Source: Bacteroidales bacterium
GTDB lineage: Bacteria > Bacteroidota > Bacteroidia > Bacteroidales > JAADGE01
Assembly: GCA_029932445.1 (NCBI GenBank)
Contig: JAOZQB010000002.1
Coordinates: 1 to 33,351 of the forward strand
Direction: 5' to 3'
Length of the DNA stretch: 33,351 nucleotides
Of this stretch, positions 1 through 10,394 are shown in pieces (position 1 is the stretch's first letter; every line of letters begins with the position of its first letter). Made by a program: the position numbers and the translations under genes. The notes under the pieces are model-generated. The model had not been told where the DNA came from, did not search any database, and was given only the letters and a program-made list of their open reading frames with translations.

Positions 1-1266
1 CTCGATTTTGTCAAATATTATTTTTGAACTGACACCCGCAATCGGTTTTTCTCTTGCCGGATAAATATCTGTTAAAATAACTTTATCACACAAACTTAAA
101 CTCCGGGCAAATGCATCTGCAAAATCACGCGTTCTGCTGTATAAGTGCGGTTGAAAAATACCTGTCAAAGATTTTTTCGGATAAAGTTTTCTTACAGAAC
201 CGATAAATGCTTTCAGTTCTTCCGGATGATGCGCATAATCATCGATATAAACCATATCCGATGAATTTATGATATACTCAAAACGCCTTTTTACACCTTG
301 CCAAGAAGCTAAAGCATCTTTTATTTGTTGGTGTGATATTCCGTTAATATCAGCAACTGCAACAGCAGCAATCGTGTTTTCAATATTAAGATTCCCGGGA
401 ATATTGATTACAATATCTTTAATAACTCCATTGGGTGTAACGATATTAAATTGACTTCGAACAGTATTTGATTTTATAGATTCGGCATAATAATCACTTT
501 TCGAATTAAGTGCATACGTGAAAACATGTTTCGGCAAAACAGCTTGGTTTATGATTAATGAATTTTTTAAAACCAAATTTCCGTTTTTATTAATCTGATT
601 TACAAACTGTTCAAATGCATTCCTTATATCATTAATATCTTTGTAAATATCCAAATGATCCTCATCAATTACCGTAATTACCGCTGTGTGCGGAAATAAT
701 TTCAGAAACGAACGATCGTATTCATCGGCTTCGGTAACGGCAAATTCAGCATTTTTCGGACTGTCGGACAGTATCAAATTTGAATTGTAATTTTTTGAAA
801 TTCCGCCCAAAAAAGCATTTGCATTATTTCCGGAATGTTTGAAAATATGAGCAATAATTGTAGAAACGGATGTTTTTCCGTGTGTTCCCGCAACGGCAAT
901 AACTTTTGATAGCGATGTCAAAATTCCGAGAATATCAGAGCGTTTTAAAACCTTATAATTATTGACTTTAAGAAACTTTAATTCTGAATGAGTTTCAGGA
1001 ATTGCAGGAGTATAAACAATCAAAACATCTTCTTTTTCGACGGATATGATCTCGCTCGGAATTAAATTAACAGCATCTGAAAAATGAATCTTCGCACCGA
1101 TATTTTCCAAGTTTTTTGTTATTTTACTCGGTATTTTATCATAACCTGCCGTAAAAATTCCGGATTTTAAAAAATATGCCGCAAGCGCACTCATCCCGAT
1201 GCCGCCTATTCCTATAAAATAAACAGCTTTAATATTTTTTAATATGTTCTTTTCGGTATAAATCAC
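1..1266 (-). CDS. murC: UDP-N-acetylmuramate--L-alanine ligase MurC (C-terminal end cut by window edge)
   Basis: Not in the ORF track because it runs off the window. Own minus-strand translation: GTG at 1266-1264, then IYTEKNILKNIKAVYFIGIGGIGMSALAAYF ... IAVAGTHGKT (Mur ligase P-loop). In-frame TAA two codons upstream of the GTG. Starts 7 nt after the murG stop, at the canonical dcw position. Confidence 0.85.
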   Translation of the reverse strand, partial: MIYTEKNILKNIKAVYFIGIGGIGMSALAAYFLKSGIFTAGYDKIPSKITKNLENIGAKIHFSDAVNLIPSEIISVEKEDVLIVYTPAIPETHSELKFLKVNNYKVLKRSDILGILTSLSKVIAVAGTHGKTSVSTIIAHIFKHSGNNANAFLGGISKNYNSNLILSDSPKNAEFAVTEADEYDRSFLKLFPHTAVITVIDEDHLDIYKDINDIRNAFEQFVNQINKNGNLVLKNSLIINQAVLPKHVFTYALNSKSDYYAESIKSNTVRSQFNIVTPNGVIKDIVINIPGNLNIENTIAAVAVADINGISHQQIKDALASWQGVKRRFEYIINSSDMVYIDDYAHHPEELKAFIGSVRKLYPKKSLTGIFQPHLYSRTRDFADAFARSLSLCDKVILTDIYPAREKPIAGVSSKIIFDKIE

Positions 1267-1273
1267 AAATTAT

Positions 1274-2380
1274 TTACTTTTCTTTAATCAAATTCAGGAT
1301 TTCTTTTGCTATCAACATTCCGGAATTCGGCATTTTTTCTTTTGATATATTATCCGACAATTTATTTATTTCATCATCATTCTTCACGAGTTCCAAAGCC
1401 GTATTTATCAGTTTATTTTCAGTTTCGTTATCTTTTATTAAAACAGCCGCATTTAAATTGACCAATGCCATAGCGTTTTTTGTTTGATGATCTTCGGCCA
1501 CATTCGGAGAAGGAACTAAAATTGTCGCTTTTCCCAATATCGAAAGTTCGGAAATCGTTCCTGCTCCTGCTCTGGAAATTACTAAATCAGAAGCTTTGTA
1601 AGCCAAATCCATTCTTGCTATAAAATCATAAACTTTAATATTTTTTGCTTGAATTTCTTCTGTCGCTTTAAGTGAATTTTCATAGTAATTTTTACCTGTT
1701 TGCCAGATAAAAAACACATCAGACTCAGCAATCTTATCTAAATTTGCAATAATCCCGTCATTAATACTTTTTGCACCGCCGCTGCCGCCGAGACTTAAAA
1801 TGACTTTTTTCCCGGCTTCCAAATTAAAAAATGTCAATACTTCTTCTTTTGTCGCAACGGTATCCGTAATTTTTTTTCTCACCGGATTACCCGTCAAAAC
1901 AATTTTCTCTTGAGGGAAATATTTTTTTACCGCCTCATAAGCAACACAAATTTTATCGGCTTTTTTTGATAAAATTTTATTCGTAATTCCGGGATACGAA
2001 TTTTGTTCCTGAATTAATGTCGGAATACCTTTTAAAGAAGCAACATATACAACCGGTCCGCTTGCATAACCACCGACTCCGACAACCACATCCGGTTTAA
2101 ATTTTCTGATTATTTTCCTTGCCTTGAATAAACTTTTAATCAATCTTAAAATATTTTTTATGGTTTCAAAGGATAATTTCCTTTGAAAACCTCTGATATC
2201 AATTAATTCTATTTTAAAACCTGCTTCAGGAACTTTTCTTTCTTCAATTTTACCTTTTGCGCCTACAAAAAGAATTTCAAGGGTTTCATCAATTCGTTTT
2301 AATGCTTGTGCAGCAGCTATTGCAGGAAAAATATGTCCTCCCGTCCCGCCTCCGCTTATGATAATTTTTTTCTGTTTCAT
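1274..2380 (-). CDS. murG: UDP-N-acetylglucosamine--N-acetylmuramyl-(pentapeptide) pyrophosphoryl-undecaprenol GlcNAc transferase MurG
   Basis: 368-aa ORF with N-terminal GGGTGGHIFPAIA motif of the MurG glycosyltransferase family. 4-nt overlap with the ftsW stop. dcw context. Confidence 0.9.
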   Translation of the reverse strand: MKQKKIIISGGGTGGHIFPAIAAAQALKRIDETLEILFVGAKGKIEERKVPEAGFKIELIDIRGFQRKLSFETIKNILRLIKSLFKARKIIRKFKPDVVVGVGGYASGPVVYVASLKGIPTLIQEQNSYPGITNKILSKKADKICVAYEAVKKYFPQEKIVLTGNPVRKKITDTVATKEEVLTFFNLEAGKKVILSLGGSGGAKSINDGIIANLDKIAESDVFFIWQTGKNYYENSLKATEEIQAKNIKVYDFIARMDLAYKASDLVISRAGAGTISELSILGKATILVPSPNVAEDHQTKNAMALVNLNAAVLIKDNETENKLINTALELVKNDDEINKLSDNISKEKMPNSGMLIAKEILNLIKEK

Positions 2381-3534
2381 TCGTTTTCTGTTTCCGGATG
2401 AGTTTCAAATTCTTGATTCTGACTTTTACTTACATTTAAAATAACCCCGATGGCAAAACTTGTTACCAATAAGGAAGTTCTGCCCATACTAATTAACGGC
2501 AAAGTTTGTCCGGTAACGGGTAAAGCTCCCACCGAAACACCGATATTGATAAACGCTTGAAAAATAATCATTAAACTAAAACCCAAAATCAAATAAATTG
2601 CAAATAAACTTTTTGTTTTATTTGCTGCTCTGATTCCTCTGTAAAATAAAATAAGATATAATATAATTATAAACCCTGCCATTATTAAACCATATTCTTC
2701 CGTGATAAAAGCAAAAATAAAATCGGAATGTGATTGCGGCAGCAAATACCTTAATGTTCCGTTTCCAGGTCCTTTCCCGAAAAATCCGCCGTTTACAATA
2801 GCCATTTTGGAAACATCTGCCTGATAAGTATCATCAGAGCTGATATTATTTTCATCTCCTAAAAATGTTTCAATTCGATGCTGCCAAGTTGAAAATCGTC
2901 CGGGTAATTCAAAAACTTCTGCTGCTAATACATAGATAACAAGTAAAGCAAAAGCAATTAATAAAATTTTATAAATAATTTTTATTTTTACCGCTGCTGC
3001 AAAATAAATAATACCGATAATTAATCCGATTAATAAAGCTGAAGATAAATCTGCCGGAAAAATTAAACCGATAATAACAACACTTGCCAAAGTTGCTTTT
3101 TTAACATTTTTTTCATAGGTTTCTTCCTCACTTTTTACGGCTAAATTTTTAGCAACAAGCATAATCAGAGCAATTTTTGCAATTTCAGACGTTTGTAACA
3201 TAATTCCGATACCCGGTAATGCAATCCATCGTTTTGCATTATTCATGGAAACACCTGAAAATAAGGTTAATAACAAAAGAAAAACAGCAATCGGAAAAAT
3301 TATTTTAATTAATGACATATATCTTTTGTACGGTATTCTGTAAGATAAATAAATCACTAAAACAGCCGTCAGAACCCCAAGCAATTGTCTTACAAGAAAG
3401 TGCATATCGCCTTGCGATTTAAGAGATATTAAGGCAGAGGCACTGTAAACGGCAGGAATAGAAATAATCAACAGTAAAAAACTGATAATCCAAATTACGG
3501 GGTCTCCTTTAAAATATTTCTTTATAATAATCAT
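2377..3534 (-). CDS. ftsW: FtsW/RodA/SpoVE (SEDS) family cell-division protein
   Basis: 385-aa polytopic membrane protein located between murD and murG in the dcw order. Confidence 0.85.
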   Translation of the reverse strand: MIIIKKYFKGDPVIWIISFLLLIISIPAVYSASALISLKSQGDMHFLVRQLLGVLTAVLVIYLSYRIPYKRYMSLIKIIFPIAVFLLLLTLFSGVSMNNAKRWIALPGIGIMLQTSEIAKIALIMLVAKNLAVKSEEETYEKNVKKATLASVVIIGLIFPADLSSALLIGLIIGIIYFAAAVKIKIIYKILLIAFALLVIYVLAAEVFELPGRFSTWQHRIETFLGDENNISSDDTYQADVSKMAIVNGGFFGKGPGNGTLRYLLPQSHSDFIFAFITEEYGLIMAGFIIILYLILFYRGIRAANKTKSLFAIYLILGFSLMIIFQAFINIGVSVGALPVTGQTLPLISMGRTSLLVTSFAIGVILNVSKSQNQEFETHPETENE

Positions 3535-3668
3535 TAAATATTATTTTTAATCTTATTCTGAATTTCTGTTTTTGTTATACAGGACTTGTTTCAGTATTCT
3601 TAAATTATTAAATATTCAGATTTAACATATTCTGAAACAAGTTCAGAAAGATCTTCTGATTACTTTTT

Positions 3669-5006
3669 TTATAAATTCCTAACCGCTTCTTTAAATAAGC
3701 GTCCTCTTTCTTCATAATTTTTAAATAAATCAAAACTTGCACATGCGGGAGAAAGCAAAACGGTATCACCCTCATCAGCCAAATGATATGCTGTTTTTAC
3801 GGCTGTTTCCATTGAATTGGTATCATATACGGGAACAATGTCCGTAAAGGCGTTTAAAATCGGTTTGTTATCAATTCCCAAAGCAACGATTGCCTTAACT
3901 TTTCGTCGGACTAAATCTTTTAATGTTCCGTATTCATTACCTTTATCCTTTCCGCCCATAATTAAAACAATCTTTTCATCTACGGTTTGTAAGGCATACC
4001 AAACAGAATTTACATTGGTTGCTTTACTGTCATTAATAAAAAGAACATTCCTAATTTTTAAATATTTTTCAAGCCGATGTTCCACACCCGTAAAATTTGA
4101 TAAGCTGGTTTTTAATTGCTTATCGGAAATATTATTCAGCATTGCCGTAATACCTGCAGCCATAGAATTGTATTCATTATGATCGCCTTCAAGTGCTAAT
4201 AATCCGTTTTCCATCGTAAATTGTTTAGTGTTTATGTCAATTATAATTTTATCCTTTTTTCTGTATGCTCCCTGCTTCAATGTTTTTTTTATTGAAAAAG
4301 GAAATTGTTTTGCTTTTATCAATCGTTTTGCAATTTCTGAAGTTATCACATCATCATCGTCGCAGTATATAAAAGCATCCGTTTCCGTTTGATTTTGAAT
4401 AATTTTAAATTTTGATGCAATGTAATTTTCAAATTTATTTTCGTAGCGATCTAAATGGTCGGGCGTAATATTCAGAAGAATTGCAATATCTGCTTTAAAA
4501 TCCTTCATTCCGTCCAGCTGAAAACTGCTTAATTCAACAACGTAAACATCAAAATTTTTCTCTGCCACCTGAAGCGCTAATGAATTTCCGACATTTCCGG
4601 CAAGCCCTACATGCATTCCTGCATTTTTTAAAATATGATAAGTCAGTTCGGTTGTTGTTGTCTTACCGTTACTTCCCGTAATACAAATCATTTTCGCGTC
4701 GGTATATCTTCCGGCAAATTCAATTTCCGAAATCACGGGAATATTTTGCAATTTTGCATTGTTAATGATTTCTGCCGTATCAGGAATTCCGGGACTTTTA
4801 ATAATAACATCGGCATTCAGAATGTGTTCTTCGCTGTGTCCGTTCTCTTCAAAAGAAATTTTATTGTTCGTTAATATTTTCTTATAATTTTCTTTTATCA
4901 TTCCTTTATCGGAAACAAAAACATCAAAATTCTGCTTTAAAGCCAGAATTGCTGCTCCTGTTCCGCTTTCGCCTGCTCCGAGTATGACTGCTTTTTGTTT
5001 ATTCAT
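3669..5006 (-). CDS. murD: UDP-N-acetylmuramoylalanine--D-glutamate ligase MurD
   Basis: 445 aa. N-terminal Rossmann motif ILGAGESGTGAA and Mur ligase P-loop ITGSNGKTTT. dcw position. Confidence 0.9.
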   Translation of the reverse strand: MNKQKAVILGAGESGTGAAILALKQNFDVFVSDKGMIKENYKKILTNNKISFEENGHSEEHILNADVIIKSPGIPDTAEIINNAKLQNIPVISEIEFAGRYTDAKMICITGSNGKTTTTELTYHILKNAGMHVGLAGNVGNSLALQVAEKNFDVYVVELSSFQLDGMKDFKADIAILLNITPDHLDRYENKFENYIASKFKIIQNQTETDAFIYCDDDDVITSEIAKRLIKAKQFPFSIKKTLKQGAYRKKDKIIIDINTKQFTMENGLLALEGDHNEYNSMAAGITAMLNNISDKQLKTSLSNFTGVEHRLEKYLKIRNVLFINDSKATNVNSVWYALQTVDEKIVLIMGGKDKGNEYGTLKDLVRRKVKAIVALGIDNKPILNAFTDIVPVYDTNSMETAVKTAYHLADEGDTVLLSPACASFDLFKNYEERGRLFKEAVRNL

Positions 5007-5237
5007 TTAAAACTTATTCAATAATTGCGTTATTCAAGTTTTAAGTTTTGTCATAATTTTTGCCCTGCGGAGCAAAAATTTCACCAAAACAATTAATTAA
5101 TATTCTTTTTTTCCCTGCACTTCGTACAGGGTTATTTTTGTTTAACTCCTTCGGAGTTGTAATTTTTTGGTATTATTTAGAATTTGTCATTTTGATTCAT
5201 GATATTATTTAGACGTTCGCAAGTCGTTTCTACGGTT

Positions 5238-6464
5238 TTATCTGATTTTTAGTGTAATAATTGTAATAATAGCCAGCAATATTCCGACAATCCAAAAACG
5301 TGAAACAATTTTAGATTCCGGATATCCTTTTTTTTGAAAATGATGGTGCAAAGGAGCCATTAAAAAAATACGTCTGCCTTCTCCGAATTTTTTCCGCGTA
5401 TATTTAAACCACCCGACTTGTAACATCACCGATAAGTTTTCGATTAAAAAGATTCCTGCCAAAATCGGAATCAATAATTCTTTTCTTACAATAATTGCAA
5501 AAACAGCAATAATTCCGCCTATTGTTAAACTCCCCGTATCGCCCATAAATACTTGCGCGGGATAGGAGTTATACCAAAGAAACCCGATGGTTGCTCCCAT
5601 AAAAGCCGCTGCAAAAACAACCAATTCACCGATATTCGGGATGTACATGATATTCAAATAATCGGCAAAAATTAAATTACCCGAGACATAAGCGAAAATC
5701 GCTAATGCCGCACCGATTATTGACGATGTTCCCGTTGCCAATCCGTCAAGTCCGTCGGTCATATTTGCACCGTTAGAAACAGCCGTAATAATGAAAATAA
5801 CTAAAATAACAAAGGCAATCCATGCAACAGTTTCCGAATTTTCTCCGGTAAAACTGACAATTTTTTTGTAGTCTAATTCATTATTTTTTACAAACGGAAT
5901 GGTTGTTTTTAAGGGTTTATCGGTTTGTGAAAAATAATCTTGATTTACTTCAACAACCGAATCACAAAGATCCGGTGCAATCGGATGTTCTCGAATTTGA
6001 ATATCATCACTGAAATAAAACGTTAAACCGACAATTAAACCCAAAGTTACTTGTCCGAAAATTTTATATTTCCCTGATAAACCGGCTTTCTTTTTTTTGA
6101 ATGTTTTGATATAATCGTCAATAAAACCGATAATACCCATCCAAACTGTTGTAATTAACATTAAAATAATATAAATATTTCCGAGATTTGCAAATAATAA
6201 AACCGGAATGAGAATAGCCGCAATGATAATAATACCACCCATTGTGGGAGTGCCTCTTTTTTCATATTGCCCTTCCAAACCTAAATCTCGTACCACTTCA
6301 CCTATTTGTTTTTTTTGTAAATAACGAATGATTTTCTTCCCGAATATCATTGAAACGATTAAAGAAGTAATTGCAGTTAATGCCGCTCTGAAAGATAAAT
6401 ATTGAAACAGACCTGCTCCGGTGAAGTCAATTTTATCAAGATATTCGAATAAGTAGTAAAACAT
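5238..6464 (-). CDS. mraY: phospho-N-acetylmuramoyl-pentapeptide transferase MraY
   Basis: 408-aa polytopic protein with conserved MGDTGSL and APLHHHF motifs. dcw position. Confidence 0.9.
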   Translation of the reverse strand: MFYYLFEYLDKIDFTGAGLFQYLSFRAALTAITSLIVSMIFGKKIIRYLQKKQIGEVVRDLGLEGQYEKRGTPTMGGIIIIAAILIPVLLFANLGNIYIILMLITTVWMGIIGFIDDYIKTFKKKKAGLSGKYKIFGQVTLGLIVGLTFYFSDDIQIREHPIAPDLCDSVVEVNQDYFSQTDKPLKTTIPFVKNNELDYKKIVSFTGENSETVAWIAFVILVIFIITAVSNGANMTDGLDGLATGTSSIIGAALAIFAYVSGNLIFADYLNIMYIPNIGELVVFAAAFMGATIGFLWYNSYPAQVFMGDTGSLTIGGIIAVFAIIVRKELLIPILAGIFLIENLSVMLQVGWFKYTRKKFGEGRRIFLMAPLHHHFQKKGYPESKIVSRFWIVGILLAIITIITLKIR

Positions 6465-6476
6465 TAATTATAGTTT

Positions 6477-7931
6477 TTAAAGTTTATTTAAAATGTTTTC
6501 AATAATTTCTTTATCGTCAAAATGATATTTCTTTCCTTTAATAATTTGATAATCTTCGTGTCCTTTTCCTGCAATAAGAATAATATCTCCTTTTTGTGCT
6601 AATATTGAGGCCACTTTTATGGCTTCTTTTCTGTCGATAATTTTCACCAAACCGGATTTTTCATTTTCATTAATTCCGGCAAGCATATCTTCCAAAATCA
6701 ATTCGGGATCCTCATCTCTCGGATTATCGGAAGTTAATATAACTTTATCACTTCCTGCAAGTGCAATTCGAGCCATCACGGGACGTTTTGTTTTATCCCG
6801 ATTTCCTCCGGTTCCGACAACCGTTATTAAATTTTGATTAGTGTTTTTTATTTCATTTATCGTTTTCAAAACATTATCCAAGGCATCCGGCGTATGTGCA
6901 TAATCAATAATTGCCGTAATTTCCTTTATTTTAACGGTTTCAAATCTGCCTTTTACGGAATTTAAAGCACTGATTACTTGTAAAATTTTTTCCCGGTTTT
7001 TCTTGAGCAAAACAGCTGTTGCATAAACAGCCGTGATATTATAGGCATTAAAAGTTCCTGTCAACAAAGACCAAAATTCAATATCGTTAATCGACATTAA
7101 AGTTCCGTCAAGATGTAATTCGAGAATTTTTCCTTTAAAATCGGCAAAGTTTTTTAATGCGTAAGTCTGTTTTTCGGCTTTTGTATTTTGAAGCATTATT
7201 CTGCCGTTTTTATCATCAATATTTACAAGTGCAAACGCATTTTCAGGAAGATTATCAAAAAATTGTTTTTTAACTTTTAAATATTCGGCAAAGGTTTTAT
7301 GATAATCCAAATGGTCATGAGTGATATTTGTAAAAACCCCGCCTGCAAATCGCAAACCCGCCGTCCGGTTTTGATGAATGGCATGTGAACTGATTTCGGC
7401 AAAACAATAATCACAACCGGCATTCGTCATTTCTTTTAATAATTTATTGAATGTCAAAGCATCCGGAGTCGTATAATGAGCTTCTGTTTCCGTTTCGTTA
7501 ATATAATTTTTTACCGTTGAAATTAAGCCGACTTTATAGCCTAAGTTGAAAAACAACCGATAAAGTATTGTGGCAGTTGTTGTTTTTCCGTTTGTCCCGA
7601 CAATTCCGATCAGTTTAATATTTTCCGAAGGCCTGTCATAAAATTCGGACGCAACGGATGCAAGCGTTTTTGATGTATCGTTTGATTTCAGGATTGTTCC
7701 CGAAAAATTAACGGCTTCAATATCTTCTGCTAAAACGGCAACAGCTCCTTGATTAACAGCATTTTCAATAAATTGATGTCCGTCAGTTTGAACACCTTTT
7801 ACTGCAACAAACAAATCTCCTTTTTCGGTTTTGCGAGAATCGAAACTAATCCCTTTAATTTCAATATCAAGAGTTCCCGAGACAAGTTTTGCATCCGTAT
7901 TTTTAATGATATGTTTTAAAATTTTCGTCAT
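6477..7931 (-). CDS. murE: UDP-N-acetylmuramoyl-L-alanyl-D-glutamate--2,6-diaminopimelate ligase MurE
   Basis: 484 aa. P-loop IVGTNGKTTT. DNPR motif (TSDNPRDEDP) typical of meso-DAP-adding MurE. Abuts the ftsI stop. Confidence 0.9.
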   Translation of the reverse strand: MTKILKHIIKNTDAKLVSGTLDIEIKGISFDSRKTEKGDLFVAVKGVQTDGHQFIENAVNQGAVAVLAEDIEAVNFSGTILKSNDTSKTLASVASEFYDRPSENIKLIGIVGTNGKTTTATILYRLFFNLGYKVGLISTVKNYINETETEAHYTTPDALTFNKLLKEMTNAGCDYCFAEISSHAIHQNRTAGLRFAGGVFTNITHDHLDYHKTFAEYLKVKKQFFDNLPENAFALVNIDDKNGRIMLQNTKAEKQTYALKNFADFKGKILELHLDGTLMSINDIEFWSLLTGTFNAYNITAVYATAVLLKKNREKILQVISALNSVKGRFETVKIKEITAIIDYAHTPDALDNVLKTINEIKNTNQNLITVVGTGGNRDKTKRPVMARIALAGSDKVILTSDNPRDEDPELILEDMLAGINENEKSGLVKIIDRKEAIKVASILAQKGDIILIAGKGHEDYQIIKGKKYHFDDKEIIENILNKL

Positions 7932-10064
7932 TTAGTTTAATACCAAATTAATTTTCATTCCTTTATTAATTTCCGTTCCCGGTTTTAATGATTGATATAC
8001 AACTTCGCCTCTGCCTCTTGCCGAAACTTTCAATCCGCAATTTTCCAAAATAAAAACAGCATCTTTTGCTCCCATTTTCTTAACATCAGGAACACGTTCA
8101 TCTGAAATCATTTTCGTTTCAAAACTTAATTTTTTATTTTTCGAAAAAGCAGAAATCCACAAATTATTATTGTTTCCGGCTTTGTAATTCATCGCATTCA
8201 AAACAAAATTTAAATCATCTGCATAAGCAATTTTAGATTGCGGTATTTTCAAACTGTCAGGAACAACTTTTTCTTCAGGCGGATTAATCTCTCTGTCACG
8301 AGAAAAAATATTATCCGCAATTTTTTTAAAAACGGGTGCAGCTGCTTGTGCACCGTAATAATCGTGTTTTGGTTTATTAATTTCAACTATGACAGAATAT
8401 TTCGGATTATCGGAAGGGAAATAGCCGACAAAAGAACCTCTGTATTGCTCAATGTGTTTTCTTAGCTGAATATCATAATATTCGGTCGTCCCCGTTTTTC
8501 CGGAAATTTTATATTTATCATTATTAATGCCTCTTGCTGTTCCGGATTCTACAACATCTCTTAATATTTTTTGTGCTTTTTTTAAGGTAGATTTTGAACA
8601 AATTAAAGAATTGGAAATTTCAGGTTCGAATTCCTTAACCGTTATACCGTCTTTTTCCAGAGATTTTACAATTCGCGGTTTTACCCTGATACCGTTATTT
8701 GCCACAGCATTATAAAAGGTTAAAATTTGTAAAGGTGAAATTTTTACTTCATAACCGTGAGCAATCATTCCGGGAGAAGAAGGTGCCCATGTTTTACTGC
8801 CGGGTGATTTAATTTTAGGTTGGTGTTCACCGAAAATATCAACACCGGAAATATTGGTAATACCCATGGCATCTAATTGCTCTAAAAATCTGTTTATTCT
8901 TCTTTTTTTTACATAATTTTGATCAATAATTTTCAGCATTCCGACATTCGATGATTTTGCAAACACTTGCCAAACCGGAATTTTACCGTAACTTTCGAAA
9001 CCGGCATCATCAACGGCGACACCATGATACATAATATGTCCGTTTCCTGTATCAATTACATCATTCAAGGTAACATATCCGTCTTCCAAAGCAGCCATTA
9101 AAACCGGAAGTTTAAAGGTAGATCCGGGTGCTAAATTTTCACCGATTGCATAATTAAAAATTTCCGAAAAGGTATTATCTCCGTATCGTTTTAAATTTAC
9201 AATTGCTTTTATATAACCTGTTTTCACTTCCATTACTACAACGGAACCGTAATCGGCTTCTAAATTTATTAATTGTTCTCTTAAAATATCATCAACATAA
9301 TCTTGTATGTCAATATCAATCGTCGTTTTAACATCTAAGCCGTCTTCCGTTTGAACTACTTCCCCGCCTTTCACTTTACGCCAATTTCCGCCGCCGATTT
9401 TTTGCATATAATATTTCCCGGCTCTTCCTCCGAGTTCTCGATTATAAGAAAATTCAATCCCGGCTTTCCCTTGTATGATTCCCGTTTGTTTATCTTCTCC
9501 GAGAAAGCCGATTGTACGTCGCATCAATTCTCCGAAGGGACGTTTTCTTTTTGTTATTCGTTTACTGATAAATCCGCCCTTATTTGCAGACAATCGAAAA
9601 AGCGGAAAGTTTTTAACTTTTACAAATTCATCATAAGTAAGTTTTTCTGCAATTTTCAAATAACGAACTTTGTGTCTTCTGCCGTTAATGAGTTTCTTTT
9701 TATAGCTGCCTTTTGATTTGTCTTTAAAAAAATCGGATAAACAAATTGCAAGAGAATCAACATTTTTCAAAAATATTTTATCTGTTAAACCGCCGGCATT
9801 TGTATCCATAAAAATATCGTAATAATTCACCGAAGAAGCCAATAATTTTCCGGAAGCATCATAAATACTGCCTCTTTCGGGTTTTGCCTCCCTTAAATCA
9901 ACAGCAATTTGATTGATTCGTTCTTGCCAAATATCACTTTTTACAAACATGACAACAACAAGTTTAAAAATAAGATATAATGCAAATCCGGTAATAATCA
10001 GATAGATAATGCCCATTCTGAATATTATTTGTTTTTTGCCTATATGTGTTTTATTCAAACTCAT
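7932..10064 (-). CDS. ftsI: class B penicillin-binding protein / peptidoglycan D,D-transpeptidase FtsI with C-terminal PASTA-like domain
   Basis: 710 aa with N-terminal TM anchor. Transpeptidase motifs STFK (APGSTFKLP), SSN (KSSNVG) and KTG (SGKTGT). C-terminal ~60 aa resemble a PASTA domain. dcw position. Confidence 0.88.
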   Translation of the reverse strand: MSLNKTHIGKKQIIFRMGIIYLIITGFALYLIFKLVVVMFVKSDIWQERINQIAVDLREAKPERGSIYDASGKLLASSVNYYDIFMDTNAGGLTDKIFLKNVDSLAICLSDFFKDKSKGSYKKKLINGRRHKVRYLKIAEKLTYDEFVKVKNFPLFRLSANKGGFISKRITKRKRPFGELMRRTIGFLGEDKQTGIIQGKAGIEFSYNRELGGRAGKYYMQKIGGGNWRKVKGGEVVQTEDGLDVKTTIDIDIQDYVDDILREQLINLEADYGSVVVMEVKTGYIKAIVNLKRYGDNTFSEIFNYAIGENLAPGSTFKLPVLMAALEDGYVTLNDVIDTGNGHIMYHGVAVDDAGFESYGKIPVWQVFAKSSNVGMLKIIDQNYVKKRRINRFLEQLDAMGITNISGVDIFGEHQPKIKSPGSKTWAPSSPGMIAHGYEVKISPLQILTFYNAVANNGIRVKPRIVKSLEKDGITVKEFEPEISNSLICSKSTLKKAQKILRDVVESGTARGINNDKYKISGKTGTTEYYDIQLRKHIEQYRGSFVGYFPSDNPKYSVIVEINKPKHDYYGAQAAAPVFKKIADNIFSRDREINPPEEKVVPDSLKIPQSKIAYADDLNFVLNAMNYKAGNNNNLWISAFSKNKKLSFETKMISDERVPDVKKMGAKDAVFILENCGLKVSARGRGEVVYQSLKPGTEINKGMKINLVLN

Positions 10065-10393
10065 TGATTTTTTTTAATAATAATTTGCGGCAAGGGATTT
10101 TTCGGTAATTTTAAACCTCTTTGCTTTATCACACTGTCAGCAGCAATTTTTCGTTCCGTCCCCGATGTCAATAATTTTGTATTTGATTTTGTAAACTTTG
10201 AATGCAACACTTCAACATCCTTTTTCAATTTATTTTTTTCTATTATTAATTCCTCTGCTCTGTATCGATTATAAATCACGACTACGGTCAAAAACATAAT
10301 AAAAAGAACAAAATACAGATTGCTTCTCTTAATGCCTTTACCTAACCAGTTTCCCGTAAGAAAATTTTTTAGTATATTTCGTTTTTCCGCCAT
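10061..10393 (-). CDS. ftsL: FtsL-like cell-division protein (single TM plus coiled coil)
   Basis: 110 aa. One TM segment (LYFVLFIMFLTVVVIY) followed by a heptad-like region. Sits between rsmH and ftsI, with a 4-nt overlap with ftsI. The call is positional and architectural, not by sequence identity. Confidence 0.6.
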   Translation of the reverse strand: MAEKRNILKNFLTGNWLGKGIKRSNLYFVLFIMFLTVVVIYNRYRAEELIIEKNKLKKDVEVLHSKFTKSNTKLLTSGTERKIAADSVIKQRGLKLPKNPLPQIIIKKNQ

Positions 10394-10394
10394 A

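Noticed and set aside
6465-6476. Apparent absence of murF between murE and mraY.
   Set aside because: This is not a deletion or an anomaly. Bacteroidota dcw clusters normally lack murF at this position, and the 12-nt junction is intact.
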